Origin: Alkalispirochaeta sp. | GTDB lineage: Bacteria; Spirochaetota; Spirochaetia; DSM-27196; Alkalispirochaetaceae | Length of the DNA: 64,000 bases | Reading direction: 5' to 3' | Assembly (NCBI GenBank): GCA_965242725.1 | Contig: CBDESZ010000026.1 | Span: forward strand, 64,001-128,000 | Part shown: positions 1 through 9,945 of the stretch, one piece after another | How positions within the stretch are numbered: position 1 is the first letter of the stretch | How the letters are laid out: each line of letters starts with the position of its first letter | Made by a program: the position numbers and the translations under genes | The notes under the pieces: model-generated | Seen by the model: the letters and a program-made list of their open reading frames with translations, nothing else | Told to the model about the DNA's origin: nothing | Databases searched by the model: none

Positions 1-2
1 TG

Positions 3-401
3 CCGGCAGGTCCCGCCGGGACGGTGCCGCATATCTCCCACTGGGGACTGGCGATCTATCCGGGATCACGCAATAAAGAGGCAATGTGGCTCTTTATCGA
101 GTGGGCATCCACGGTGGAGCAGGCGCTTTCCGCGCACCTCGCGGGCATACCGTCGGCGCGCATGAGCATATGGCGGGCACCGGAAGTTACCGATGTCGAT
201 CCGGCGCCGCAATGGACGGACGCATCGACCCGGAGCTATGAGATCGCCACCTATCAGTGGAATCCTCCGGTCCGCAAGGTTGAAGAGGCGCGCGCCGTCG
301 TCGGATCCGCAATAGTCGACGCCATACTGGGACAGGAGGTGGCTCCCGCGGCGCGTCGGGCGACGGAAGGACTCAATACAATCATCCGCAGTGAAGAGTG
401 A
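3..401 (+). CDS. ABC transporter sugar-binding protein, C-terminal part (5' end outside window)
   Basis: Open frame from the window edge; WGLAI...SRNKEAMWLFIEWAS...IPSARMS is typical of carbohydrate solute-binding protein C-termini. Confidence 0.75.
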   Translation, partial: PAGPAGTVPHISHWGLAIYPGSRNKEAMWLFIEWASTVEQALSAHLAGIPSARMSIWRAPEVTDVDPAPQWTDASTRSYEIATYQWNPPVRKVEEARAVVGSAIVDAILGQEVAPAARRATEGLNTIIRSEE

Positions 402-2487
402 TATGAACCGCCCCATGAGCATCCGGAACCGCATATTTTTCTCATACGTTCTCCTCCTGGCGATCATCGGCCTGTTTGTTTCAATGTCCGGGGTGATACG
501 GGCGATCCGTTTCACCGTTGAAGAGGACCGCGCGGCGGTGCTTGAGCTCCAGTCCAACTGGGCGGCAACGCGAATGCTTTTGGGCGATATGATTATCAAC
601 TGGAGCAACGGCGCCGCCTATGAGGAGTTCATCGAGTACCGTCGACGATTCAACGACCAGCTGGCATCGCTGGAAGCGGGAATGGCGAACCGCCTCTATT
701 ACGGAGAGCGGTTTGTCCCCCTCTTCGCCGGCCTCGACGCCGTATGGACAACGGCGGACAGCCATCTGGAGCGGGTGACGGCGGTGGTGGAAGACCCGAG
801 TTTCTATCTTGTAGAAGAGATGGTACAGCGGCAGCCGGGTCTGCAGCGGCTGAACCATCTGTGGGCGGAACTCGTAGACCGCAACACCGTTCAAAGCCGC
901 AGGACCGCACATCTTATTCAACAGCTCATTACGGAAGTGGAGTTCTTTCCCATTTACGGCGACACCATGGAACGTCTGATGAGCGAGCTTGTCGGACAGG
1001 CAGAAGAGGTGCAGCGACTTATCGCCCGGGTGGAATCGGTGGGACGCCTCGTCTTTTTCCTCACCTTCCTCGCGGCGTCACTCTTCCTTGCGTCACGGTT
1101 TTCCCACTCCCTTTCACGGCCGATCATCAGCGTCACCCGTCGGGTCAGGGAGTTTGCCGGGTTGACCGGCGAGTCTCTCCCGCCGCAGACCACATATCAT
1201 GGTACGGGCCGGTGGGCGGGCGGGCAGGATGAGGTCGCCCTCCTTTCCGATACCATCGACCGCATGGTCGATCACTATACCGATCTTGCCGAACGGGCGG
1301 AGCAGCTTGCCCGGGGCGAGGTGACGGGAAACAGCCCCCAGTTTCCGCGGGAAGGTGTCGTCGGTCGTTCCCTCGACGAAATCGCGGAGTACCTTCACGA
1401 GCTTGCCAGCACGAGCGCATGGATTCGGAACGGAGAATATGGACTGCGCATCCGACAGCGGTCGGAAAATGACGTCATCACCCGCAATTTCAACATCATG
1501 TCCGCGGTCATCCATGAAAAGATAACCACCCTGCGCAACATGTTTGAGGCCGTCGATGAGGCGGTCATCGTCGTTGACGCCGACGGATCGGTCCTGGAGG
1601 TGAACTCTCAGGTCTATCACCTCCTCGGAAGGGGAACAAGAGATGACGAAACTGATGAGTACATACGCCGGGAAATCGCCCCCCTTCTGTTGAAGAGTCC
1701 CCGGGAAGAGCGGGAAGGGACAGACGGCGTTCCCAGCTATGTCTCGATGTATAACATCCACGGGCATGAGGTTCCCGTCAGAATGCTTCGCCGTACACTG
1801 CCGGGCGGCTCCGAGAGCCGGGAGCAGTGTATGTTTCTCATCACCAACGAATCTTGGCGGGCCCGGGCCAAGCGGGAACGGGAGCGGCTGCGTGCCCAGG
1901 CGACCATGGCGGAGCTGCGGGCCCTTCGCGCGCAGATTCATCCCCACTTCTTTTTCAACACCCTCAATACCATCGCCTATCTCATCGAGACCGACGGGGA
2001 ACGGGCGGTCGGTACCGTGCAGGATCTGGCGGACCTTTTTCGCTATACCCTTGCGGCGACAAAGACGGACAGGGTGCCCCTGCGGGAGGAGCTTCGGCAT
2101 ATCAGGAAGTATCTCGATATCGAACTCCTCCGCCATGGTGACACCCTGACAATTACCTACGACGTGGATGAAGCGATTCATTCCCGTGCGGTCCCGCCGA
2201 TGCTCCTTCAACCGCTGGTGGAGAACTCCATACGTTACGGCGGAGATGCGTCGGGGCATATTCATCTCACCATCAGAGGCCGTGCGGAGGGCGCCAACAC
2301 GGTCCTTGAAATCGGAGACAACGGCTGTCGCGAAATAGAACCGGAGTCGCTCTTTCACGCCCACGGTACGGGAATACGCAACGTAAACCAGCGCTTTCAG
2401 ACGCTCTTTGGAACGTCAATCAGGATTCGTCGCAATTCGCCGGAAGGATTGCTGATAACCCTGCCGATGCCGGGAGGAGGACAATGA
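391..2487 (+). CDS. LytS/YesM-family sensor histidine kinase (2 TM, HAMP, PAS-like)
   Basis: ELRALRAQIHPHFFFNTLNTI H-box, PPMLLQPLVENSIRYG, DNG and GTGIRNVNQR motifs. Confidence 0.92.
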   Translation: MKSDMNRPMSIRNRIFFSYVLLLAIIGLFVSMSGVIRAIRFTVEEDRAAVLELQSNWAATRMLLGDMIINWSNGAAYEEFIEYRRRFNDQLASLEAGMANRLYYGERFVPLFAGLDAVWTTADSHLERVTAVVEDPSFYLVEEMVQRQPGLQRLNHLWAELVDRNTVQSRRTAHLIQQLITEVEFFPIYGDTMERLMSELVGQAEEVQRLIARVESVGRLVFFLTFLAASLFLASRFSHSLSRPIISVTRRVREFAGLTGESLPPQTTYHGTGRWAGGQDEVALLSDTIDRMVDHYTDLAERAEQLARGEVTGNSPQFPREGVVGRSLDEIAEYLHELASTSAWIRNGEYGLRIRQRSENDVITRNFNIMSAVIHEKITTLRNMFEAVDEAVIVVDADGSVLEVNSQVYHLLGRGTRDDETDEYIRREIAPLLLKSPREEREGTDGVPSYVSMYNIHGHEVPVRMLRRTLPGGSESREQCMFLITNESWRARAKRERERLRAQATMAELRALRAQIHPHFFFNTLNTIAYLIETDGERAVGTVQDLADLFRYTLAATKTDRVPLREELRHIRKYLDIELLRHGDTLTITYDVDEAIHSRAVPPMLLQPLVENSIRYGGDASGHIHLTIRGRAEGANTVLEIGDNGCREIEPESLFHAHGTGIRNVNQRFQTLFGTSIRIRRNSPEGLLITLPMPGGGQ

Positions 2488-3248
2488 AAATTCTCAGGGC
2501 AGTCGTGATTGACGACGAGAAGCCGGCGCGGGATCGGCTGCGGGCGATGCTGGAACGGGTGGATGCGGTTCGCGTTGTCGGGGAGGCGGTAAACGGCTCC
2601 GACGCGGTGGGGGTCATTCGGTCACTCAAACCGGACCTGATCTTTCTGGACGTCCACATGCCGCTGCTCAGCGGGTTTCAGGTGCTTGAGCAGCTTGAAT
2701 CTCCCCCGGCGGTGATATTCACCACCGCCTACGACGAATATGCGTTGCAGGCCTTTGACGTGCACGCCGTCGACTACCTCCTCAAGCCGTACAACAAGGA
2801 TCGCCTTGAAAAATCGGTCTCCCGGGCGTTGAGCCGGCTCGACACGGTCGGGACCGACGCCGGACTGGACTCCCTCATGGAAGAGTATCGGGAACAACAT
2901 CCCTACCTCGAGCGAATGACCATACGGTCCGGGAAGAGCTACCGGGTGGAAAAGGTGGAAGACGCCGAATGTTTCGTCGCTTCGGACGGACTCGTCTTTT
3001 TTGTGACGGAACGGGAACGGCTCTTTGTGGAAGGGACGCTGAAGCATCTGGAAAGTCGCCTCGATCCCCGCATCTTCATGCGCATCCATCGCAATGCCAT
3101 CGCCAATCTGTCCCGGGTGCGGCGGGTCATACCCCTGGGGAAGGGGCGTCTCGCCGTAGAGTTCCCTTCGGGCAGCAGACTCGACGTGGGGCGGACACGG
3201 ACGGACGCGTTTCGCCGGGCCTTTCAGCTGTCCCAGGGAGAAGGGTAG
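2484..3248 (+). CDS. LytTR-family response regulator
   Basis: REC domain (VIDDE, FLDVHMP, FTTAYDEYA, DYLLKP) plus LytTR domain (FMRIHRNAIANL); ATGA overlap with the kinase. Confidence 0.95.
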   Translation: MKILRAVVIDDEKPARDRLRAMLERVDAVRVVGEAVNGSDAVGVIRSLKPDLIFLDVHMPLLSGFQVLEQLESPPAVIFTTAYDEYALQAFDVHAVDYLLKPYNKDRLEKSVSRALSRLDTVGTDAGLDSLMEEYREQHPYLERMTIRSGKSYRVEKVEDAECFVASDGLVFFVTERERLFVEGTLKHLESRLDPRIFMRIHRNAIANLSRVRRVIPLGKGRLAVEFPSGSRLDVGRTRTDAFRRAFQLSQGEG

Positions 3249-3263
3249 TGGTGTCGTATCTCA

Positions 3264-3296
3264 TCGCCGTTCATCCCTAAAAAGTCGCCGTTCGTC
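3264..3296 (+). promoter_or_regulatory. LytTR-type direct-repeat operator upstream of dctP
   Basis: TCGCCGTTCATC (3264-3275) and TCGCCGTTCGTC (3285-3296), 21-bp period; AlgR-like CCGTTCGTC core. Confidence 0.75.
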
Positions 3297-3367
3297 TCTT
3301 TTTTGTTGCGGCCCTCCCATTTCCGGCGGATTATACCGTCACACAACCATTAAGGAGGGTTTCAGAA

Positions 3368-4399
3368 ATGAAACGTGTATTGATTTTACTGGTAGCGGTG
3401 GGCCTGATTCTGAGCACCGCGACGGCGATCTTCGCCTCTGGACAGAGCGAAGGCGCGGCGGCACAGGAGACCTACACAATTACCGCAGGTATCGGTCTCA
3501 ACGACAAATCGGCGCAATATCAGTCCCTCGAGTTCTTCAAGGAACTTGTGGAAGAGAACAGCGACGGTCGCATTACCGTTGAGCTCTATCACTCCAGCCA
3601 GCTCGGTGACGACCGGGAAATGATGGAAGCGCTCCAGCTGGGAACGCAGGAAATGACCTGCCCCTCAACCGCTCCGATCGCTCCCTTTGTCAACGGCTAC
3701 AAAGTATTCGACCTGCCCTTTATCTTCCCCAACGAAGGCGCAGCGGACTACGTTCTTGACAGCGAAATCGGCCAGGATCTCCTGGATCAGCTCTCCGAGA
3801 TCGGCATTAAAGGCCTCGTCTACTGGGAAAACGGCTTCCGCCAGCTGACCAACGACGTACGGCCCGTACGGACTCCCGCCGACGTGCAGGGACTCAAAGT
3901 TCGCACGATGGAGAACCCCATTCACCTCGCAGCGTGGGAAACGATGGGCGCAAACCCCACTCCCATGGCATTCGGCGAGCTCTTTTCCGCCCTTCAGCAG
4001 GACGTCGTGGACGGACAGGAAAACCCCTGGGGTACGATCTACCTTCAGAACTTTCCTGAAGTACAGCAGTACACCACCGACACCGGCCACGTTTACAGCC
4101 CCTTCGTGCTTATGATTGCACAGAAGTTCTGGGATGACCTTCCGGCGGACCTCCAGGACGTCGTAATGGACGCGGCAGTGCAGTCCCGCGATCACAACCG
4201 AAAGCTCAACCGGGAGCTCAATGCGCAGTATCTCGAGCAGCTGAAGGACGTGATGAACGTGACCATCCTCACCAATGAGGAAAAGATGGCCTTCCAGGAA
4301 GCGACCGCAGCGGTGTACGAGCAGTATTCCGCGGAGATCGGACGTGATCTGGTCAACGACGTTCGGGCCAAAGTGTCCGAATACATGGCGCAGAACTAA
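3368..4399 (+). CDS. dctP: TRAP transporter substrate-binding protein
   Basis: Signal peptide; QLGDDREMMEALQLG, WENGFRQLTN, GLKVRTM, VDGQENP. Confidence 0.95.
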   Translation: MKRVLILLVAVGLILSTATAIFASGQSEGAAAQETYTITAGIGLNDKSAQYQSLEFFKELVEENSDGRITVELYHSSQLGDDREMMEALQLGTQEMTCPSTAPIAPFVNGYKVFDLPFIFPNEGAADYVLDSEIGQDLLDQLSEIGIKGLVYWENGFRQLTNDVRPVRTPADVQGLKVRTMENPIHLAAWETMGANPTPMAFGELFSALQQDVVDGQENPWGTIYLQNFPEVQQYTTDTGHVYSPFVLMIAQKFWDDLPADLQDVVMDAAVQSRDHNRKLNRELNAQYLEQLKDVMNVTILTNEEKMAFQEATAAVYEQYSAEIGRDLVNDVRAKVSEYMAQN

Positions 4400-4421
4400 G
4401 AGTCGGATCGCATATTGAAGC

Positions 4422-4453
4422 GGCCCGTCGACCTCGTCGACGGGCCCCTTTTT
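4422..4453 (+). terminator. Rho-independent terminator/stabilising hairpin between dctP and dctQ
   Basis: GGCCCGTCGAC-ctc-GTCGACGGGCC followed by a T5 tract. Confidence 0.75.
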
Positions 4454-4516
4454 ATGCTCCCGCATTGGCGTCCGACCATTGCGCCTTTTTATATCTATAG
4501 TATATTGGGAGTTACT

Positions 4517-5125
4517 ATGACTTTCCGTGACGTTCAATTGACAGTTGCCCGGCTCTTCAAGGCGCTGCTTATAGCCCTCGTGGTATTGATGTTTCTCGTT
4601 GTAGGCATGAACGTATTCAGCAGATACGTGCTGAACGCGTCCCTTGGCTGGGCCGACGAGCTCGCCCGGTTTCTCTTTATTTATGTCTCCCTCCTGGGAG
4701 CCGTTCTTGCCTATCACGACAACGACCACGTCGCGCTTGACATCGTCCTTTCCGGCATTCGTTCACCGAAGATCCTGAAAGTGATTCGTGTATTCGGGCA
4801 GCTACTCATCGTCGGTGCCCTTTATATCTTTACCCGGTACAGCTGGATCGTCGCCATTTCGGCACGGAACGTCAGTCCGGCGCTCTATATTCCCATGAGT
4901 ATCGTCTACGGCGTCATGCCGGTTACCGGTTTTGTCATGCTGATACAGGCGATACTGAAACTCCGCCCGATACTGAAGGGGGTACCCCTCGGGGAGGCCC
5001 ATACGGCGGAACGGGAGGCGCTGGAAGCGGCCGCCGGTCTGAAAGGCGAAGCGGAGGAGTTCAGTCGCTATCTCAAGGGCGACGAGAACGTTCGGTACGA
5101 CCGGACAGAAAAGGAAGGAAGGTAA
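4517..5125 (+). CDS. dctQ: TRAP transporter small permease
   Basis: 4 TM; SRYVLNASLGWADELARFLFIYVSLLGA...HVALD; start moved to ATG 4517 behind GGGAG. Confidence 0.9.
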   Translation: MTFRDVQLTVARLFKALLIALVVLMFLVVGMNVFSRYVLNASLGWADELARFLFIYVSLLGAVLAYHDNDHVALDIVLSGIRSPKILKVIRVFGQLLIVGALYIFTRYSWIVAISARNVSPALYIPMSIVYGVMPVTGFVMLIQAILKLRPILKGVPLGEAHTAEREALEAAAGLKGEAEEFSRYLKGDENVRYDRTEKEGR

Positions 5126-5131
5126 ACCGGC

Positions 5132-6409
5132 ATGCTGTGGCTATTTCTCGGAACACTCTTCGGCTTCATCGCCCTGGGTATACCCGTCGTATTCGCACTC
5201 ACCCTTTCCAACATCGCCCTGATCATGGCGCTGGACGTACCGTTTACCGTAATCGGAAACCGCCTCGCCTCGGGAATCAACAGTTTCCCCCTCCTGGCGA
5301 TACCGTTTTTCATGTTTGTCGGTGAAGTGATGAACAGGGGAGGCATCGCACGACGCCTTGTGGAACTTGCCGACGCCATCGTCGGACATATCACCGGCGG
5401 TCTGGGCCATGTAAACATCATGGCCAGCATGTTCTTCGGCGGAATCAGCGGATCGGCAATAGCCGACACCGCCGCAATCGGAGGACTGCTCATACCCCCG
5501 ATGGTACAGCAGAAATATCCCTCGCCGTACGCTGCGGCAGTTACCGCCTCGTCGGCGGTGATCGGTATCATCATTCCGCCGAGCATTCCCTTCATCCTCT
5601 ACGGCATCATCACCAATACATCCATTGCACGCATGTTTCTGGGGGGAATCATTCCCGGCATCATCGTCGGTGTCGCCCTGATGATCACCACCTATTTCAC
5701 GAGCAAGAAGCATGGATATGGTGTCGCCGCCGATGGACAGCGCTTCTCCTGGCATCGCCTCTGGAGAGCCTTCACCAACGTATGGCCCGCATTGAGTATC
5801 CCCTTCATCGTCGTCGGTGGAATCCTTCTGGGCGTATTTACCGCGACGGAAGCGGGAGCGATCGCCGCAGCGGCGTCTCTCCTGATGGGGCTCTTCCTCT
5901 ACAAGGAAATAAAGATATCGGATCTCCCGAAAATCCTGATCAATACCGCCAAGACGACGGGTGTCGTCCTTTTCCTCTGCGGAATGGCGATGGTGACGGC
6001 GTGGCTCCTGACGCGGGCACGGGTGCCCTTTGCCCTGGCGGATCTTCTCACGGGATTTTCCTCGTCACCTCTGGCGGTGCTGCTCATGGTGAACGTTCTG
6101 CTCTTCGCCGTCGGTTTCGTCATGGACCTCACCCCGGCGATGCTCATTCTCGCGCCGATACTCCTGCCCGTCATGGAAGCGGTGGGAATCGACCCGGTCT
6201 ACTTCGGCGTCATCATGTCCATCAACCTGGGAATCGGTCTGATCACACCGCCGGTGGGGACGGTGCTCTACGTGGCGTGCGGCGTGGCAAACATCAAACT
6301 GGAACAGCTTGTGCGCTCCCTCACGCCCTTTCTCGTCACTCTTCTCGCGGTGCTGGTGCTTCTCATCGCCTTCCCGCAGCTGGTAATGTTTATTCCAAAC
6401 TTGATGTAG
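5132..6409 (+). CDS. dctM: TRAP transporter large permease
   Basis: FPLLAIPFF, GGISGSAIADTAAIG, IIPPSIPFI, GLITPPVG. Confidence 0.95.
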   Translation: MLWLFLGTLFGFIALGIPVVFALTLSNIALIMALDVPFTVIGNRLASGINSFPLLAIPFFMFVGEVMNRGGIARRLVELADAIVGHITGGLGHVNIMASMFFGGISGSAIADTAAIGGLLIPPMVQQKYPSPYAAAVTASSAVIGIIIPPSIPFILYGIITNTSIARMFLGGIIPGIIVGVALMITTYFTSKKHGYGVAADGQRFSWHRLWRAFTNVWPALSIPFIVVGGILLGVFTATEAGAIAAAASLLMGLFLYKEIKISDLPKILINTAKTTGVVLFLCGMAMVTAWLLTRARVPFALADLLTGFSSSPLAVLLMVNVLLFAVGFVMDLTPAMLILAPILLPVMEAVGIDPVYFGVIMSINLGIGLITPPVGTVLYVACGVANIKLEQLVRSLTPFLVTLLAVLVLLIAFPQLVMFIPNLM

Positions 6410-6432
6410 CGATCACCTCCATCCGGAAGTGC

Positions 6433-6465
6433 AGGGCGGTCCCCACGGGGAGCGCCCTTTTTTTT
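6433..6465 (+). terminator. Rho-independent terminator after dctM
   Basis: AGGGCGgTCCCC-ac-GGGGAgCGCCCT followed by a T tract. Confidence 0.8.
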
Positions 6466-6542
6466 GATTTTTCTGACCTCGAAGGCGCCGCCGCGCCATC
6501 GCGCCGCGCCGCCGTCATCGTCGACACGGTCGGCCGGCAGCC

Positions 6543-7325
6543 CTATACGGTTGCCTTGGTCGCTCCCGTGGAAATGCCGCCGTCAATGAGGAGCGTCTGC
6601 CCCGTCATGTAGGCACTCCCGTCGGAGGCGAGAAAAACGACCGCCCCGTCCAGATCGTCGGGCTTGCCGGGACGCTTCAGGGGAATGCGGTCGTTGAGAT
6701 AGGTGAGCCACTCCCTGTTTTCGTAAAGCACCTTGTTCTGTTCCGTCCGGAACCAACCGGGAGCGAGGCAGTTCACGGTGATGCCGTGGGGCCCCCAGTC
6801 GTCGGCAAGGCTCATGGTCATCTGTTTGACGCCGCCGCGGCTCGCGCAGTAGGGGGTGATGCCGGCGTACCCAAAGACGCTGGTCACCGACCCGATATTG
6901 ATGATGCGGCCGTAGCCCCGGGGAATCATCGTCTTTGCCACCTCCCGGGCGACAAAAAAGGAACCCCGCAGATTGGTGTCCAGAATGGTGTTCCAGTCAT
7001 CCCAGGTCACCTCTGTCGCGGGTTTGCGGATATTGAGGCCCGCGTTGTTCACGAGAATGTCGATCTTCCCGTAATGGTCCATCGCATCGGCGACCATGCG
7101 GACGATGCTCTCCTCGTCGCGGACATCAAGCTCGAGGGGGAGCGCGCGCCGCCCCATGCTCTCAATCTCCCGGACAAAATCCCCGAGGGCGTCGCGCCTC
7201 CTGCTCGTTACCACAAGATCCGCTCCCGCCCGCGCCAGGGCACGGCCAAAATACTGTCCCAGCCCTCTGCTGGCGCCGGTCACCACGGCAACCTTGCCGG
7301 TCAGGTCAAAAAGTTCAGTGCTCAT
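6543..7325 (-). CDS. SDR oxidoreductase, gluconate 5-dehydrogenase/KduD-like
   Basis: TGASRGLG, NNAG, YCASRGG (YxxxK variant), VNCLAPGWFRT. Confidence 0.88.
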   Translation of the reverse strand: MSTELFDLTGKVAVVTGASRGLGQYFGRALARAGADLVVTSRRRDALGDFVREIESMGRRALPLELDVRDEESIVRMVADAMDHYGKIDILVNNAGLNIRKPATEVTWDDWNTILDTNLRGSFFVAREVAKTMIPRGYGRIINIGSVTSVFGYAGITPYCASRGGVKQMTMSLADDWGPHGITVNCLAPGWFRTEQNKVLYENREWLTYLNDRIPLKRPGKPDDLDGAVVFLASDGSAYMTGQTLLIDGGISTGATKATV

Positions 7326-7374
7326 ATCGTTCCTCCTTTTTTTGGGGGCGGCCCCTACGCGGGTCGTCGCGCGC

Positions 7375-7416
7375 CGCCCCCTACTCGTCGCCCCCTACGC
7401 GTCGCCCCCTACGCGT
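7375..7416. repeat. 14-bp tandem repeat x3
   Basis: CGCCCCCTAC(T/G)CGT at 7375, 7389 and 7403; partial copy at 7351. Confidence 0.85.
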
Positions 7417-8521
7417 CGGGCCGCAGAATGACCTTCATCAGGCCCTCTTTATTGTCATAGAGGCGCCGAAACCACTCGGCTCCCTCCGCCAGAGGCGCCT
7501 CGGCGCTCACCAGCGGGTCCAGCGCCACCGTGCCGGAGCGAATCAGCTCCAGGCACGCCGGATACTCCCCGGACGACGCGTTGGAACCCTTCACGGTAAT
7601 CTGTCGCGTCACCACAAGCTGCAGCGGCATCTCGACGGCGGCGGCAAAGTTGCCGATGATCGTCACCGCCCCGCCGCGCCGGACGGAGGTCACCGCCGTA
7701 TCGAAGGACTTCTGAATACCCACCACATCAAAGGCGTTGCGCACGCCCCGTCCCGCGCTCTCCCGGGCGACGACGGCGGACACATCATCCCGCACCGGAT
7801 TCACCACAGCCGACGCGCCCAGGGACGTTGCCAGCTCCAGCCTGCGATCGTCCAGGTCCACGGCGATAATGCGACCGTAGCCGCTCGCCCGCAGGACCTG
7901 AATCAGAAGAAGGCCGATCATCCCGGCTCCCACCACCACCGCCGAATCGCCCACATCATGGGGAGTGATACGCGCGGCGTGGACGGCGATCGACAGGGGC
8001 TCCACCATCGCGGCGTGTCGGTAGCTCACATCGTCGGGGAGGGGATAGACGCCCCGGGCGGGCACGGCGACGTACTCCGCAAAGGCGCCGTCCTGCCGGT
8101 ACTCATCGCAGCTCACGCCGAGAACGCGGCGGTTCTCGCAGAAATTGATCTCCCCCCGGCGGCAGTAAAAGCACTCCCCGCAGTAGAGGGTGGAGTCAAA
8201 GGTGACCCGCATGCCCGGCCGCAGCGCCGCTGCCCCGTCGTCGGACTGCGCCCTGTAGCCAGCTGCCGCCCCGTCGTCGGACTTTGACCCGCTTCCGCCG
8301 CCCGCGCGGGACCCGACCTTCACGATGTCGCCCGCCGCTTCGTGGCCCATAATGACCGGCGGAATCCGTCGTCCCGTACTGCCGTCAATGCCGTGAATGT
8401 CGCTCCCGCAGATCCCCACGGCCTTCACCGCGACGAGGACCTCGTCCTCACCGATCTCGGGGACCGGGGCGTCCTCAATGTATTCCAAATGATTGTATGC
8501 AACGAGTTTAAGGGCTTTCAC
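7409..8521 (-). CDS. Zn-dependent polyol/sugar dehydrogenase (MDR family)
   Basis: GICGSD, MGHEAAG, CGECFYCRRGEINFC, GAGMIG; GTG start at 8521 behind GAAGGAG. Confidence 0.9.
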   Translation of the reverse strand: MKALKLVAYNHLEYIEDAPVPEIGEDEVLVAVKAVGICGSDIHGIDGSTGRRIPPVIMGHEAAGDIVKVGSRAGGGSGSKSDDGAAAGYRAQSDDGAAALRPGMRVTFDSTLYCGECFYCRRGEINFCENRRVLGVSCDEYRQDGAFAEYVAVPARGVYPLPDDVSYRHAAMVEPLSIAVHAARITPHDVGDSAVVVGAGMIGLLLIQVLRASGYGRIIAVDLDDRRLELATSLGASAVVNPVRDDVSAVVARESAGRGVRNAFDVVGIQKSFDTAVTSVRRGGAVTIIGNFAAAVEMPLQLVVTRQITVKGSNASSGEYPACLELIRSGTVALDPLVSAEAPLAEGAEWFRRLYDNKEGLMKVILRPDA

Positions 8522-8867
8522 GCCGACTCCTTCTGATTCGAAATATGGCTGACCTGCCGCCCCGATTCTGCCATGAAAACCCGCCGCCGCCAAGCAACAG
8601 CCCCCGGCACTTCAGGCTGTCCAATCTATATTTCTATTTTGAACTTGCGTTCTGCCGGGACTCCACTTCCGCCCACCGCCCAAGCCCGGATCGGGGGGCG
8701 GCGAAGGGCAATATCGAGCCGCCGCCTCACCACCGCCCCGCCGCCGCCCCAAACGGGCATACGAAAAACATAATAATATTAGTAATAAATAAAATAGGAA
8801 AAAACATGATATTATATACATACATCACAGATGAGCTCTCCGACACAATCTGTTCAAGGAGGGAAGA

Positions 8868-9626
8868 ATGAAAACATCAATCCTGCACATCACGCTGATA
8901 CTCGCGCTGATCGCCGTCGTGGTTCCGGCCAATGTAGTTGCCCAGGCCCCCGCGCAAGCCCGGTCCCCGGCCCTGGAACGGCCGCCTGCCGACCACTGGA
9001 GCACCCGCATCGCCGCCCCCGGCTATGGCTTCAGCTTCACCTCCGTCGAGGTCGAATACGGTGAAGACGACGAAACGGAAGTATACCTCATGCCCGGCAT
9101 CGACCTGCGCCACTTCAACGGCATCAACGTTACCGAATCGGGGCACTTCTACTTCGGATATGAAGTGGGCGTTGCCGCCAACTTCCTTGTCGGCAGCGGA
9201 TCGACAATGGACATCGTCGGGGAAGAATACGAGCTCAACAGCGCCATGGTCGCTACGCTCCTCCTCATGGGAAAACACGGTTACCACCGGGACATCGGCT
9301 CACCCGACAAGGGCCTCGGCTTCGGCGTGGAACTCGGTCTTGGCATCATGGGCGGCGCCGGCGACATCGAAATCGAAAACACCGACGGCGATACCTTCAG
9401 TCACACCACGGAGATCATCGGACCAGTCTTTGAAGCCGCCGGCGAGTTCTCGATACGCACGGACCGCGACCTGCGCCTCGTCTGCCGCCTCGGCCTCATG
9501 GCCGGCGCTCCTCTCATCGAGACGGACGATGGCGATACCGGCGTCGACTACTTCTCCGCCGCATCCGCCCCGGTCCGCGTCTCCCTGCGCTTCGGATTTG
9601 TCAGAGATTACGGCTGGGAGTACTGA
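8868..9626 (+). CDS. Hypothetical exported protein, possibly an outer-membrane beta-barrel
   Basis: AGGAGG SD, signal peptide, alternating hydrophobic beta-strand pattern, aromatic C-terminus. Confidence 0.65.
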   Translation: MKTSILHITLILALIAVVVPANVVAQAPAQARSPALERPPADHWSTRIAAPGYGFSFTSVEVEYGEDDETEVYLMPGIDLRHFNGINVTESGHFYFGYEVGVAANFLVGSGSTMDIVGEEYELNSAMVATLLLMGKHGYHRDIGSPDKGLGFGVELGLGIMGGAGDIEIENTDGDTFSHTTEIIGPVFEAAGEFSIRTDRDLRLVCRLGLMAGAPLIETDDGDTGVDYFSAASAPVRVSLRFGFVRDYGWEY

Positions 9627-9666
9627 AAAGAGCCATCGGCAGTACAACGATCATTATTCAGAGAAA

Positions 9667-9696
9667 TGCGGAATTTTTGTAATGCAGAATTACGCA
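9667..9696. promoter_or_regulatory. Putative antitoxin operator
   Basis: Inverted repeat TGCGGAATT...AATTACGCA plus direct repeat AATGC(G/A)GAATT upstream of the AbrB gene. Confidence 0.5.
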
Positions 9697-9708
9697 TATT
9701 CTTCAGAT

Positions 9709-9942
9709 ATGAAAGTAACTCTTACCGTTACCGACAGGGGTTCGGTGACCCTCCCTGCGAGAATGCAGAAAGAGATGGGAATCGGAGCGGACTCGCTGCA
9801 TATCGCCGAGTCAACGGAAGAGGGAATACTCCTTCGGCCTGCCGTAGCCCTTCCGGTAGAGGTTTACACCCGGGATCGTCTCGAGGAGTTTGCGGCCGCA
9901 GAACGTGCCGTGGATGAATGGTACGGTGAGTCATCGCAGTAA
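9709..9942 (+). CDS. AbrB/MazE/SpoVT-family antitoxin
   Basis: MKVTLTVTDRGSVTLPARMQKEMGI...EEGILLRPA swapped-hairpin signature. Confidence 0.85.
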   Translation: MKVTLTVTDRGSVTLPARMQKEMGIGADSLHIAESTEEGILLRPAVALPVEVYTRDRLEEFAAAERAVDEWYGESSQ

Positions 9943-9945
9943 GTG

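Noticed and set aside
1114..2364. Long antisense ORFs (also 16519-17760, 21338-22771, 3665-4729, 57184-58098)
   Set aside because: Shadow frames of real genes in GC-rich DNA with no recognisable motifs
8938..9708. 334-aa ORF 8938-9942 as one protein
   Set aside because: Only the last 77 aa (AbrB antitoxin) are credible; the rest overlaps 8868-9626 out of frame
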